In this document: piece by piece, positions 1-9,265 of the stretch
How the letters are laid out: every line of letters begins with the position of its first letter
Position numbering within the stretch: the stretch's first letter is position 1
From: an uncultured delta proteobacterium
Lineage (GTDB): Bacteria; Myxococcota_A; Polyangia; Polyangiales; B10-G4
DNA: 64,000 nucleotides
Assembly: GCA_963727445.1 (NCBI GenBank)
Contig: CAVSGI010000010.1
Location: forward strand, 832,001 to 896,000
Reading direction: 5' to 3'
The notes under the pieces: generated by a model
The model's database searches: none
What the model saw: only the letters and a program-made list of their open reading frames with translations
What the model was told of the DNA's origin: nothing
Made by a program: the position numbers and the translations under genes

Positions 1-414
1 GTCGCGTTCTCGCGTTACTGGAACCCGACGGACACCGACCATTTCTACACGACCGACCGCGACGATGCCGGAGCAGCGCTTCTCGGCTATCGGTACGAGA
101 CCGCTGAAGGGCGCCTCTTCCCCGACCGTGAGGTCGGCACCGTGCCCCTCTACCAGTACTACTGCGGTGACTCGCGCAAAGACCACTTCTACACCATCGA
201 CGCTCTCGAATCGGAGCTCGTCGCTTCCACCGGCTGCGACTACGAGGGGATCGCCGGTTACGCGTTCGCATCCGCCCGCCCCGATGCAGCGCCCCTGCAC
301 CGATACCAGAACGCGACGACCAGCGATCACTTCTACACCCTCGACCGAAACGATCCGGAGCTCGCCGCCTACGGCTACACCTACGAAGGCGTCGCCGCGC
401 ACGTCGTCCCCTGA
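1..414 (+). CDS. C-terminal part of a protein with three DHFYT repeats (DUF5648-like), truncated at window start
   Basis: Frame 1 is open from base 1 and shows three similar units: RYWNPTDTDHFYTT, LYQYYCGDSRKDHFYTI..YEGIAG, LHRYQNATTSDHFYTL..YEGVAA. Stop TGA ends at 414. Confidence 0.75.
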   Translation, partial: VAFSRYWNPTDTDHFYTTDRDDAGAALLGYRYETAEGRLFPDREVGTVPLYQYYCGDSRKDHFYTIDALESELVASTGCDYEGIAGYAFASARPDAAPLHRYQNATTSDHFYTLDRNDPELAAYGYTYEGVAAHVVP

Positions 415-591
415 TTCCAGCGTCCACTCGAGGTCTCGCCTCCCTGCCAAGTCTGGGCTTGGGTACGTACGGCGGAGATCACTCTCGGATCGGTTGATAC
501 ACAGCACCAGCGCTCCACGACCCCGGATTTGCGTTGTACTCCTTACAGTTCCCAGCTAAGGACGCTGGGAGCGAAGGGGAGTCGACCAGCG

Positions 592-1863
592 GTGCGCGTC
601 GTCGTCACAGGGATGGGGATCAACACCCCGCTCGGAGATGAGCTCGAGGCCTACTACGAGGGCCTGGTCGGCGGACGTTCGGCCATCTCCAACTGGAAGT
701 TCTTCGAACATCCCGGCGTGTACTCGAAGGTCGGCGGCGACCTGAGCACCTACGACGCTGCGGGAAAGCTCGCGTCGTTCGAGTCCCGCGTGCCTCCAGA
801 GGTTCACGCGCGGCTGCGCAAGCTCTTCCGAACCGCACCGTTCTCCACGCGTCTCAGCGTCCTGTGCTCCCTCGACGCCTGGCTCGACGCCGGGCTCGGT
901 TTCGACGAGGACCCCTGGCGTCGGGCGGTCGTGCTGGCGGGGCACAATCTGAACGAAAACTATTTGATGAAGAACTTCGAGACCTTCCAGGAGGAGCCGG
1001 ATTGGATCGATCCGCTCGCCGCGGTCTCGATGCTCGATACGGACCATGCGTCGTCCATCGGTGAAACCCTCGGCTGCCGCGGCGCTCTCTACACGGTGGG
1101 CGGTGCATGCGCGAGCGCCAACATCGCGCTCCGCTCGGCGGTGGACGAGATCCGCTACCACGGCCACGACGTCGCGATGGTCACGGGGGCGGCGCTGGAT
1201 TTCTCGCCCATGGGACTGCAGGCGATGGCGCTCCTCGGAGCGATCACCTTCGAGAGCTTTCATGACGAGCCGGCCCGCGCCAGTCGGCCCTACGACACCG
1301 CGCGCGAGGGATTCGTGCCTTCGCACGGGGCAGGCTCACTCGTCCTCGAGTCCCTCGATCACGCCCGAGCGCGCGGCGCGAGGATCCATGCGGAGATCCT
1401 GGCATGCGAAGCCGCGTCGGACGCGAGCCACCTGCCGGCTCCTTCCCAGGAGGGACAGGAGCACACGATCCGCAAGGTGCTCGACCACGGCGGCATCGCA
1501 CCGGAACAGGTAGACTTCGTCTCGGCTCACGCGACATCGACTCCGCTGGGCGATATCTCCGAGCTCCGTGCGATCAAGTCGGTGTTTGGCGAGCACACCG
1601 ACTCGCTGAAGATCAACGCCCCGAAATCCATGCTCGGGCATACGTGCTGGGCCGCCCCCGCGACCGAAGCCATCGCCGCGATCCTGCAGATGAAGCACGG
1701 GCGACTGCACCCGTCCATCAACGTCGACGACCTCGATCCGGAAGTGGACGTCGACATCTGCGCCAACCAGGCCGTCGACCACGAGGTCCGCATCATCCTC
1801 AAGAATTCTTTCGGATTCGGAGGCATCAACTGTTGCGCGCTGTTCGGACGGTGGGATGGGTGA
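592..1863 (+). CDS. Stand-alone beta-ketoacyl-ACP synthase (FabF/PksF-like) with Cys-His-His triad
   Basis: RVVVTGMG N-terminus, GGACASAN (active Cys), SAHATSTPLGD, KSMLGH, KNSFGFGG. GTG start at 592 follows a purine-rich AAGGGGAG. Confidence 0.92.
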   Translation: MRVVVTGMGINTPLGDELEAYYEGLVGGRSAISNWKFFEHPGVYSKVGGDLSTYDAAGKLASFESRVPPEVHARLRKLFRTAPFSTRLSVLCSLDAWLDAGLGFDEDPWRRAVVLAGHNLNENYLMKNFETFQEEPDWIDPLAAVSMLDTDHASSIGETLGCRGALYTVGGACASANIALRSAVDEIRYHGHDVAMVTGAALDFSPMGLQAMALLGAITFESFHDEPARASRPYDTAREGFVPSHGAGSLVLESLDHARARGARIHAEILACEAASDASHLPAPSQEGQEHTIRKVLDHGGIAPEQVDFVSAHATSTPLGDISELRAIKSVFGEHTDSLKINAPKSMLGHTCWAAPATEAIAAILQMKHGRLHPSINVDDLDPEVDVDICANQAVDHEVRIILKNSFGFGGINCCALFGRWDG

Positions 1864-3088
1864 CTGGAGCGGCAAGGCTGTGCTCGTCACTGGTGGCACG
1901 CGCGGCATCGGGCTGGCCATCGGAAAGGCGTTCGGCGCGCTCGGGGCCGACGTCGTCCTGACCCATCGTTGGGGTAGCGCCGATGAGGACGCGATTCGGC
2001 GTCAGTTCGCCGACCTCTCGGCGCCCGTACCGTCGATCGTCGAAGCCGACGCCGGATCGGACGAGGATCTGGACGCTCTGCTGGAGCTCCTGCGGCCGAA
2101 GATCGACCGCATCGAGCTATTCGTCTCGAACGTCGCGGTCGTCCAGCGCGGTGACGGGAACTTCCAGGAGCGAGCCCTTCGGCAATCGATGCGCTGGAGC
2201 ACGTGGCCGCTGAAACGCTACGTCGAGGCGATCGCGGAAGCCTTCGGCGAGCCGCCGCGCCGGGTCGTGGCGCTGTCGTCCGATGGACACGAGCACTTCT
2301 ACCCGGGCTACGGCTACGTCGCAGCATCCAAGGCGGCGCTCGAGACGCTCTGCCTCCAGATGCTGCAGCGCTTTCCCTCGATGCAGTGCAACGTGGTGCG
2401 GTCGCGACAGGTTCACACCACGAGCTTCGACGAGATCTTCGGTGAGGGAGCGCGGGAGCTCATCGCCCGCTTCGAACCCTTCGACTTGAGCGCCGAGACC
2501 GTCGCCGAGACCGTCGTCGCGCTGTCCTCCGGACGCCTCGATGCCTGCACCGGCGAGGTGATCGTCATCGATCGCGGCGCCACCTTCGGTGACAACCTCG
2601 TCTTCACGGGCCCCATCCTTCTCGGAGAGGCGACGCCCGAGTTCGAGCCGGTGAGGCCCACGCCGGTGACCCACGTCCAATGGCTCGACGCTGGCGTACC
2701 TCGGCCCGCGCAGGACCGATGGCCCGGGGTGACGTTCGTCGGTGACGAAGAGCCGGCCGATGCAGTGGTCGCTGGCATCGATTGGCGCGCGGCGGGTGAG
2801 GAGGCGATCGCGCTGCTGACGGGACGGCTCCAGGCGCTCCGCGACGGCGGCGTTCGCCCGCGCTACGCCATACAGATCGACCTCGGTTCCGAGCTGTCGC
2901 CGGAGTGTGCCGCGAGCCGCTCCGTGGGTCGATACTTCGACGCCTGGCGCCTGCAGGAGGACTTCCGACTCAACTTCGTCGACGTCCGAGGCGCCGCCGA
3001 CCTCGCCACCGACGCCGTGGTCGCCCTCACTTCGGGGCAGCTCGATGCGCTCCGCGGGCAGGTCATCCGCTTGAAGGAGCGCCCGTGA
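1856..3088 (+). CDS. SDR oxidoreductase, FabL-like enoyl-ACP reductase with an extra degenerate C-terminal SDR-like segment
   Basis: VLVTGGTRGIG Rossmann motif, Y-x6-K (YGYVAASK) followed by AALETL. Paralog of 9262-10083. Confidence 0.8.
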   Translation: MGDWSGKAVLVTGGTRGIGLAIGKAFGALGADVVLTHRWGSADEDAIRRQFADLSAPVPSIVEADAGSDEDLDALLELLRPKIDRIELFVSNVAVVQRGDGNFQERALRQSMRWSTWPLKRYVEAIAEAFGEPPRRVVALSSDGHEHFYPGYGYVAASKAALETLCLQMLQRFPSMQCNVVRSRQVHTTSFDEIFGEGARELIARFEPFDLSAETVAETVVALSSGRLDACTGEVIVIDRGATFGDNLVFTGPILLGEATPEFEPVRPTPVTHVQWLDAGVPRPAQDRWPGVTFVGDEEPADAVVAGIDWRAAGEEAIALLTGRLQALRDGGVRPRYAIQIDLGSELSPECAASRSVGRYFDAWRLQEDFRLNFVDVRGAADLATDAVVALTSGQLDALRGQVIRLKERP

Positions 3089-4338
3089 GCTCACCGTTCG
3101 ACTACAGCCTGTCGGACTTCTTCGCCGGCGACTTCGAAGACCCGCTCAAAGCGCCGCCGGAGTTCACGAAGTGGCGCGGGGAGGCGCGGGAGTACCACGC
3201 CCTCTTCGAGCGAACTCTGGCCACCGCCGCCGACGTCCGATGCTCGATCGCGCTCGAAGGCGGCCGCCGAGACGTCATCAACATGGCGTCCCTCGACTAC
3301 CTGGGCATCTGCCGTCACCCCGAGGTGGTCGCCGCGCAGCAGCGAGCGCTCGACACCTGGGGCTCGGGCGCCTGCGGAGTACCGCTCCTCAGTGGCATGA
3401 CCACCGAGCACCGCGCGCTCCAAGACGAAATGAGCGACCTCACCGGCAACACCGGCACCGTGCTCTTCACCAGTGGATACGCCGGCGCCACGGGCCTCTG
3501 CTCCGCCGTCCTTCGACGTGGCGACGTCGCCATCCTCGACGCCCACGCACACATGTCCTGGGTCGATGGCGTACACATGGCGAACGCCAAAGTCGTCACC
3601 TTCGATCACAACGATCCCGACGCGCTGGAGCGCCGGCTCGAAGAGCATCGAGAGGCGCGGCGGCTGGTCGTCGTCGATGGTCTCTATTCGATGGACGGCG
3701 ATCTGGCCGACCTCCCCGCGCTCCTGGACCGCTGCGACGCGCACGGCGTCGGGATGGTCGTCGACGAGGCGCACTCGATGTTCGCGCTCGGCGACGAGGG
3801 TGGCGGGGCCACGGCGCACTTCGGCGTACGGGATCGAGTGCGCCTTCTCTTCGGCACCTTTTCCAAGGCTTTGAGCGTCGTCGGCGCTTTCATCTCTGGC
3901 GACGCCGAGCTGATCGACTACGTCCGCTACTACGGCCACCCGTACGTCTTCTCCGCCGCGCTGCCGCCGGCGACCGTGGCAGGGATTCGCAAAGCGGTGA
4001 GCATCGTTCGCCGCAGCCCCGAGCTACGCGCCTCGCTGTGGGAGAACCAGGCCTATTTCCGCGACGGCCTGCAGGCGATGGGGCTCGACACCGGCGAGAG
4101 CGAGACGTGGGTCGTGCCGGTGATCGTGGGCGGCGACCGAGAGCTCCTGTACCGCGGCGTGCTCGAGCTGATGGAGCGAGGGCTCTTCGTCGCCCCGGTG
4201 GACTTTCCCGCGGTCGCCGAGGATCGCGTCCGTATTCGATGCGCCGTGAGCGCCGGGCACACGCGCGAGGATCTCGACACGGCGCTCAGCTTGATCGAAG
4301 ACGTGATCGCACGACCGATGCGGAGCCGGGGTCGATGA
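3085..4338 (+). CDS. PLP-dependent alpha-oxoamine synthase (serine palmitoyltransferase / BioF / KBL family)
   Basis: SLDYLG, FTSGY, FDHND, DGLYSMDGD, VDEAHS, GTFSKA (PLP Lys), FSAALPP. GTG start overlaps the upstream stop (GTGA) after AAGGAG. Confidence 0.9.
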   Translation: MSSPFDYSLSDFFAGDFEDPLKAPPEFTKWRGEAREYHALFERTLATAADVRCSIALEGGRRDVINMASLDYLGICRHPEVVAAQQRALDTWGSGACGVPLLSGMTTEHRALQDEMSDLTGNTGTVLFTSGYAGATGLCSAVLRRGDVAILDAHAHMSWVDGVHMANAKVVTFDHNDPDALERRLEEHREARRLVVVDGLYSMDGDLADLPALLDRCDAHGVGMVVDEAHSMFALGDEGGGATAHFGVRDRVRLLFGTFSKALSVVGAFISGDAELIDYVRYYGHPYVFSAALPPATVAGIRKAVSIVRRSPELRASLWENQAYFRDGLQAMGLDTGESETWVVPVIVGGDRELLYRGVLELMERGLFVAPVDFPAVAEDRVRIRCAVSAGHTREDLDTALSLIEDVIARPMRSRGR

Positions 4339-5291
4339 GGCCTCTGATCTTCCTCTTCCCGGGACAGAGCTCGCGGGATGCGGAGATGTTCGCCCGCCTC
4401 GAGGCGATCGATCCGCAGGTCGCGACCCGGTTCGCGACGGAAGCGACGTCGCGCGGTGCCTCGCCACCGACGAACGACAGCCCGACGAACCTCGACATCC
4501 AGCTGTCGGTGCACGCCGCGAATCGCGCGTGGGCCACGCTGCTGTCGAAGCGCGGCATGAGCGCCGCGGCCTCTGCTGGGCTGAGCCTGGGCGAGTACGC
4601 ACACCTGGTGGACATCGGGGCGATCGCGGAGACCGATGCTCTCGACCTGGTTCGGCGGCGCGGCGAGCTCTACGACGCCGGACCTCCCGGTGTGATGGCA
4701 GCGCTCTATCCGCTGGACGGGGAGCGCGTCGAGACCATCCTCGGGCGGGTCTCCGCCCGACTCCCCGGCCAGATCGCCGCTGCCGTGTACAACTCGCCGA
4801 GCCAGACCGTGGTCGCGGGGACACCGGAGGCGATCGAAGAGGCAATCGCGATGGCCGAGGAAGAGTACGCCGCCGGTACGGTCATCGAACGCCGCATTCC
4901 GATGCACACGCCGCTCTTCGAAGCGGTCGCCGCGCCGCTCGGCGAGGCGCTCGAGCGTGTCCACTGGCAGGCGACCTCCAAAGCCTACTGGCCAAACGTG
5001 CTCGGTGAGCCGTTGGCTGCGGCTGGGGCGGGTGACCTGGTCACCCTGCTCGCTCGGCACGCCTACGAGCCCGTTCGGTGGCGCCAGACGATCGACGCGA
5101 TGGTCGCGCAGCACCCCGACGCGATCTTCGTCGAGGTCGGTCCAAGACGCGTGCTCACTGATCTGATGAAGCGTCGGTGGCACCCGACCGCCACGGTATT
5201 CGCTCTCGACCCCGGCGCCGACACTCCACCCGAGCGCGTCGGCGGCGCGTTCGAATCCACCATCGAGGAGATCTCGCATGCCCGCGGATGA
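4335..5291 (+). CDS. fabD: Malonyl-CoA:ACP transacylase (FabD-like AT)
   Basis: FLFPGQ, GLSLGEY nucleophile motif, VRRRG, NSPSQTVVAG, PMHT, PVRW, FVEVGP. ATGA overlap with upstream gene. Confidence 0.88.
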   Translation: MRPLIFLFPGQSSRDAEMFARLEAIDPQVATRFATEATSRGASPPTNDSPTNLDIQLSVHAANRAWATLLSKRGMSAAASAGLSLGEYAHLVDIGAIAETDALDLVRRRGELYDAGPPGVMAALYPLDGERVETILGRVSARLPGQIAAAVYNSPSQTVVAGTPEAIEEAIAMAEEEYAAGTVIERRIPMHTPLFEAVAAPLGEALERVHWQATSKAYWPNVLGEPLAAAGAGDLVTLLARHAYEPVRWRQTIDAMVAQHPDAIFVEVGPRRVLTDLMKRRWHPTATVFALDPGADTPPERVGGAFESTIEEISHARG

Positions 5292-5817
5292 GCTTCAGCG
5301 CCGCGTACGCGCTGCGCGCCGAGCGCCGCTCTTCGACGTGACCGACGTCCCCGCCGTGAGCCACGACCGCCAGGCGATCGGCCGGATCCTCCGGCATCGC
5401 GGGCCGATGCTCCTGCTCGACGAAATCATCGCCGTCGACCCACGCGCGGGGCGTATCGTCGGCCGCAGATCCCTCCTCGACGAGGACTTCGGCTTCGAGG
5501 GTCATTTTCCGAACGACCCGGTCTACCCCGGTGCGCTCCAGGTCGAGCTCGCCGGACAGCTCGGACTGTCACTGAAGTACTTCTTGGACAACGAAACCAC
5601 CGAGATCGCTGAAGACGCGCGCCCGCCCCTGGTTCGTCTTCTTCGCGTCGCGGAAGCGCATTTTGCTGCGCCAGCCGTTCCCGGCGACTCCCTCACTGTC
5701 CTGGCGGAGCGCTTGGAAGACGACGGTTGGACGTATGCATCCATCGCCCAGTTGATCAAGGCCGACACCATCGTGAGTGCGTGTGTGTTCGAAGCCATGG
5801 TGGACGAGGAATCATGA
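5278..5817 (+). CDS. 3-hydroxyacyl-ACP dehydratase (FabZ/FabA hot-dog fold)
   Basis: ILRHRGPMLLLDEI and FEGHFPNDPVYPGALQVE motifs. Confidence 0.85.
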   Translation: MPADELQRRVRAARRAPLFDVTDVPAVSHDRQAIGRILRHRGPMLLLDEIIAVDPRAGRIVGRRSLLDEDFGFEGHFPNDPVYPGALQVELAGQLGLSLKYFLDNETTEIAEDARPPLVRLLRVAEAHFAAPAVPGDSLTVLAERLEDDGWTYASIAQLIKADTIVSACVFEAMVDEES

Positions 5818-6560
5818 GCACACTGTTCATCACCGGAGGCTCGCGCGGCATCGGTGCGGCGACCGTGGCCCACGCGGCCGCGAGCGGCCACGACGTCGCG
5901 TTCACCTACGTCAACGACGCTGACGCGGCCGATGCCGTCATCGCGCGAGTGGCCGAGGCGAGCCCCGACCGGAAAGTGCGTGCGTATCAGCTCGACGTGA
6001 GGGACTCCGCCGCCGTCGACAGCGTCGCCGACGAGGTGCTGCTGGCCTTCGAGGGCGTCGACGCGGTGATCTGCAACGCCGGCGTCAATCGCAACGGGCT
6101 CGCCTATTCGATGGAGGACGACGAGTGGCAGACCGTGATCGACACCAACCTCACGGGCTCGTTCTACGTCTGCCGCGCGTTCCTACCGGAGCTCATAGCG
6201 AACGGCGGCGGAAAGATCCTCCTGCTTTCGTCGGTCACCGCGTATGGCGCCTCCGGGCAGGCCGCCTACTCGGCGAGCAAGGCAGGCCTTCACGGCCTCG
6301 CCCAGACCCTCGCGAAGGAGTACGGGCCGAAGAACGTGACGACCAACGTCGTCCTCCCGGGATACTTCGACACCGACATGACGCGCGGTGAAGGAATGTC
6401 CACGCAGCTGCGCGACTACGCGACGGGCTACTGCCCGCTACGCAGACTCGGTGAGCTCGATGAGCTGGCCCAGACGATGCTCTTTCTCCTGTCGCCAGCC
6501 GCGGGCTTCATCAACGGCGCGGTGATTCCGGTCACCGGCGGATTGGATTGGGCGCTGTGA
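5814..6560 (+). CDS. fabG: 3-oxoacyl-ACP reductase (FabG-like SDR)
   Basis: ITGGSRGIG, NAG, IDTNLTG, GQAAYSASK (YxxxK), PGYFDTDMT. Confidence 0.88.
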   Translation: MSTLFITGGSRGIGAATVAHAAASGHDVAFTYVNDADAADAVIARVAEASPDRKVRAYQLDVRDSAAVDSVADEVLLAFEGVDAVICNAGVNRNGLAYSMEDDEWQTVIDTNLTGSFYVCRAFLPELIANGGGKILLLSSVTAYGASGQAAYSASKAGLHGLAQTLAKEYGPKNVTTNVVLPGYFDTDMTRGEGMSTQLRDYATGYCPLRRLGELDELAQTMLFLLSPAAGFINGAVIPVTGGLDWAL

Positions 6561-7804
6561 GAGTCGGGATCGAGAACATCCGGGTCTACCCGAGCTCGAT
6601 GGCGCTCGACATGAGAACGCTGGTGGAGGCACGTGGCGGAGACGTGACCGAAGTCTGCGGCGAGATGATGATCGACGCGCGATCGGTGAACCCCGCCTGG
6701 GAAGACCCGATCACCATGGGCGTGAACGCCGCCCGCATGCTCTTGACTGACGAGGATCGCGAGCAGGTGGGCCTGTTGCTCGTCGGATCGGAGAGCGGAC
6801 CCGACCAGGAGAAGTCGCTGAGCACCTGGATCCAGCGCTACGCCGGGCTCGAAGATCATTGCCGCAACATGGAGGTGAAGCACGCCTGCTATGCGGGCAC
6901 CGGCGCCGTGCACCTCGCGGCGCACTGGCTGCTCGCGCAGCCGGACGACGTGAAGGCACTCGTGGTCACCACGGATCAGTCTCGCGCTCATTTCCACAAG
7001 CCGTACGAGTTCGTGATGGGAGCGGGCGCGGTTGCGATGCTGCTGTCGAAGAACCCGCAGTTCCTCGAGCTGGAGCTCGGGCTCGGCGGAGTGTTCACCC
7101 ACGAAGTGTCCGACCTGACGCGCCCCACTTCCCGGGTAGAGGCCGGGCACAGCGAAACGAGCCTGCTCTCCTATCTCGACGCGGCCGATCTGACCTTCGA
7201 GCGCTACGCCGAGGCCGTCCGCGCACGTCACGGCGAATCGCTGCTGAGCTGGGAGGCGTATCGCGCGTGGCTGCCGTATCAGGTCTACCACGCCCCCTTC
7301 GGGGGGATCACCAAGCGCGCCCACCGGGCGATCCACCGCTTGTTCGAGGACTTCGACGCCGCGCGCACCCGCCGGGACTTCGAAGCTCGGGTCGTACCCA
7401 CCCTCAAGTACAACCGCCTGATGGGGGGGACGTACGCGTCGAGCGTGTTCGTGTCCCTCCTCGGAACGGCGAGCGCCTTCGGACCGGAGGTGGCCGGGAG
7501 TCGGGTCGGCATCTACTCGTACGGATCGGGTTCCTGCGCGGAGTTCTACTCCGGCGTGTTCGGCGCGCAGGCCTCGGAAGTGGCGCGGGAGGCGGGCCTC
7601 GACGAGCTGCTCGCGGCGCGTCGCCCGCTCACCGTGCGTGAGTACGAAGACGCCGAGCGCGAGCGCAGCGCCTTCATCGACTGCGGCGACTACCGCACGA
7701 GCAAGGACGGCCACGACGGGTGGTACGACGAACGCTACGCGGGTCGCGAGTCGTTGGTCTTCGACGGAATCCGGGACTTCGAACGCCAGTACGCCTGGAG
7801 CTGA
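6557..7804 (+). CDS. HMG-CoA synthase-like beta-branching enzyme (PksG-like)
   Basis: EDPITMGVNAA, GSESGPDQEKS, EVKHACYAGT (catalytic Cys), YHAPFGG, YSYGSGSCAEFYSG. Confidence 0.9.
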   Translation: MRVGIENIRVYPSSMALDMRTLVEARGGDVTEVCGEMMIDARSVNPAWEDPITMGVNAARMLLTDEDREQVGLLLVGSESGPDQEKSLSTWIQRYAGLEDHCRNMEVKHACYAGTGAVHLAAHWLLAQPDDVKALVVTTDQSRAHFHKPYEFVMGAGAVAMLLSKNPQFLELELGLGGVFTHEVSDLTRPTSRVEAGHSETSLLSYLDAADLTFERYAEAVRARHGESLLSWEAYRAWLPYQVYHAPFGGITKRAHRAIHRLFEDFDAARTRRDFEARVVPTLKYNRLMGGTYASSVFVSLLGTASAFGPEVAGSRVGIYSYGSGSCAEFYSGVFGAQASEVAREAGLDELLAARRPLTVREYEDAERERSAFIDCGDYRTSKDGHDGWYDERYAGRESLVFDGIRDFERQYAWS

Positions 7805-7805
7805 G

Positions 7806-8513
7806 ATGCACGAAATCCGCCTCCCCGAAGAGCTCGACCACACCAGCCTGCGTGAGCTCCGCGACCGCGTCCTCTCCGTCGATCACGGCGAGACGATCGT
7901 GCTGCACGGAGCGAACGATCGGGTGTTCTGCCGCGGGCTCTCGTTGGGATCCCTGATGAGCGTCTCCGCGGAGGAGCGAACGGAGGGTTTCGACGCCTTC
8001 GAGCAGACGATCCTCCACCTCGCCGCGGGGGCTTCTCCCGCGATCGCGGCGATCGATGGCGTAGCCATGGGCGGCGGGCTCGGGCTCGCCGCGGCGTGCG
8101 ACGTGGTGCTCGCGACTCGGCGCGCCGAGGTCGGGCTTCCGGAGCTTCTCTTCGGCCTCGTCCCCGGCATGATCTTTCCAGTGCTGCAGCTGCGCGCGAG
8201 CGGCCCCGACCTGCGCCGCCTCGCGCTCGAAGGCGCGGGTGTGTCCGTGGAGACGGCCGCCCGGTATCGACTCGTCGACCAGGTCGTCGAGGAGGACCTG
8301 CTCGAACGAACCACGCAGACGTGGGTGAGAAAGTTCCGCCGGACGGAGCGCCATGCGGTCGGGCGTCTCAAGCGCTGGGCTGCGGGCGACGCACTCGCTC
8401 GGGAGGTTCGGGTCGGGCGAGAGCACCTCGCCGAGCTGGCCACGAGCGAGATCGCGCGCCGGCGCATCGAAGCGTTCGCCGAGGGACTCGCGCCCTGGGA
8501 GGGAGAATGCTGA
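7806..8513 (+). CDS. Enoyl-CoA hydratase-like ECH1 (PksH-like dehydratase)
   Basis: VFCRGL, GVAMGGGLGLAAACDVVLA, LPELLFGLVP. Lies directly after the HMGS-like gene. Confidence 0.85.
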   Translation: MHEIRLPEELDHTSLRELRDRVLSVDHGETIVLHGANDRVFCRGLSLGSLMSVSAEERTEGFDAFEQTILHLAAGASPAIAAIDGVAMGGGLGLAAACDVVLATRRAEVGLPELLFGLVPGMIFPVLQLRASGPDLRRLALEGAGVSVETAARYRLVDQVVEEDLLERTTQTWVRKFRRTERHAVGRLKRWAAGDALAREVRVGREHLAELATSEIARRRIEAFAEGLAPWEGEC

Positions 8514-9265
8514 GCTCGGCGCGAGTCGACTCGTCACTCGTTCGCGTCCGGTTCGAGGAGGGCATCGGCTGGATCGAGATGGTCGACGAAGCCAACCGGA
8601 ACGCGTTCGGCCGAGCCTTCGTCGCGGCGCTGATCGCGGCACTCCGACAGGTCGACGGCAATCCCGAGGCGCGTGTGGCCGTGCTGATCGGCGGCAGCGA
8701 GATCTTCTGCAGCGGCGCGTCCGCCGAAGTGCTCGACGAGCTTCAGTCCGGCACCATCGCCCCGACCGAGCTGGTGCTCTCGACGCTGCTCCTCAATCTG
8801 AGTATCCCGCTGATCGCCGCATGCGAAGGCGGCGCCATCGGGGGCGGATTCGCGCTGGCACTCGCGGCGGACATCGTCGTTCTCGCCTCGGACCGGCGCT
8901 ACGGCTTCAACTTCATGGATCTCGGAATCACGCCGGGCATGGGCACGACGCGGCTGGCCGAACACGTGCTCTCACCTGCCATCGCTCACGAGCTCCTGTA
9001 CAGCGGCGAGCTCCGGCGCGGCAGCAAGCTCGCGTCCGCCGGCGTGAACGCGGTCCTGCCGTCTGCCGATGTCCGCGAGCACGCCGAGCTCCTGGCGCAG
9101 CGAATCGCTATGAAGGATCGCCGCAACCTGGGCATGCTGAAGCGAACGCTGACCCTGCCGCGACGCCTCGCGTTCGAGTCGGCGCGAACTCTCGAATCGC
9201 TCATGCACGAGCGGTCGCTCGAAGGGCTCGACCTGAGCGCCTTCGGGGGAAGGAGCGAGAAGTGA
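8507..9265 (+). CDS. Enoyl-CoA hydratase-like ECH2 (PksI-like decarboxylase)
   Basis: MVDEANRNAF, FCSGA, GGAIGGGF, NFMDLGITPGMG, LESLMHERS resemble PksI/CurF-type ECH2. Confidence 0.85.
   Translation: MLSSARVDSSLVRVRFEEGIGWIEMVDEANRNAFGRAFVAALIAALRQVDGNPEARVAVLIGGSEIFCSGASAEVLDELQSGTIAPTELVLSTLLLNLSIPLIAACEGGAIGGGFALALAADIVVLASDRRYGFNFMDLGITPGMGTTRLAEHVLSPAIAHELLYSGELRRGSKLASAGVNAVLPSADVREHAELLAQRIAMKDRRNLGMLKRTLTLPRRLAFESARTLESLMHERSLEGLDLSAFGGRSEK

Noticed and set aside
3085..4338. Annotation as biotin synthesis bioF
   Set aside because: No other bio genes are nearby and the gene is coupled inside an acyl-synthesis operon. The call is kept at family level.
6557..7804. Mevalonate-pathway HMG-CoA synthase (mvaS)
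   Set aside because: It is followed by PksH/PksI-like ECH genes and an ACP, with no HMG-CoA reductase or mevalonate kinases.
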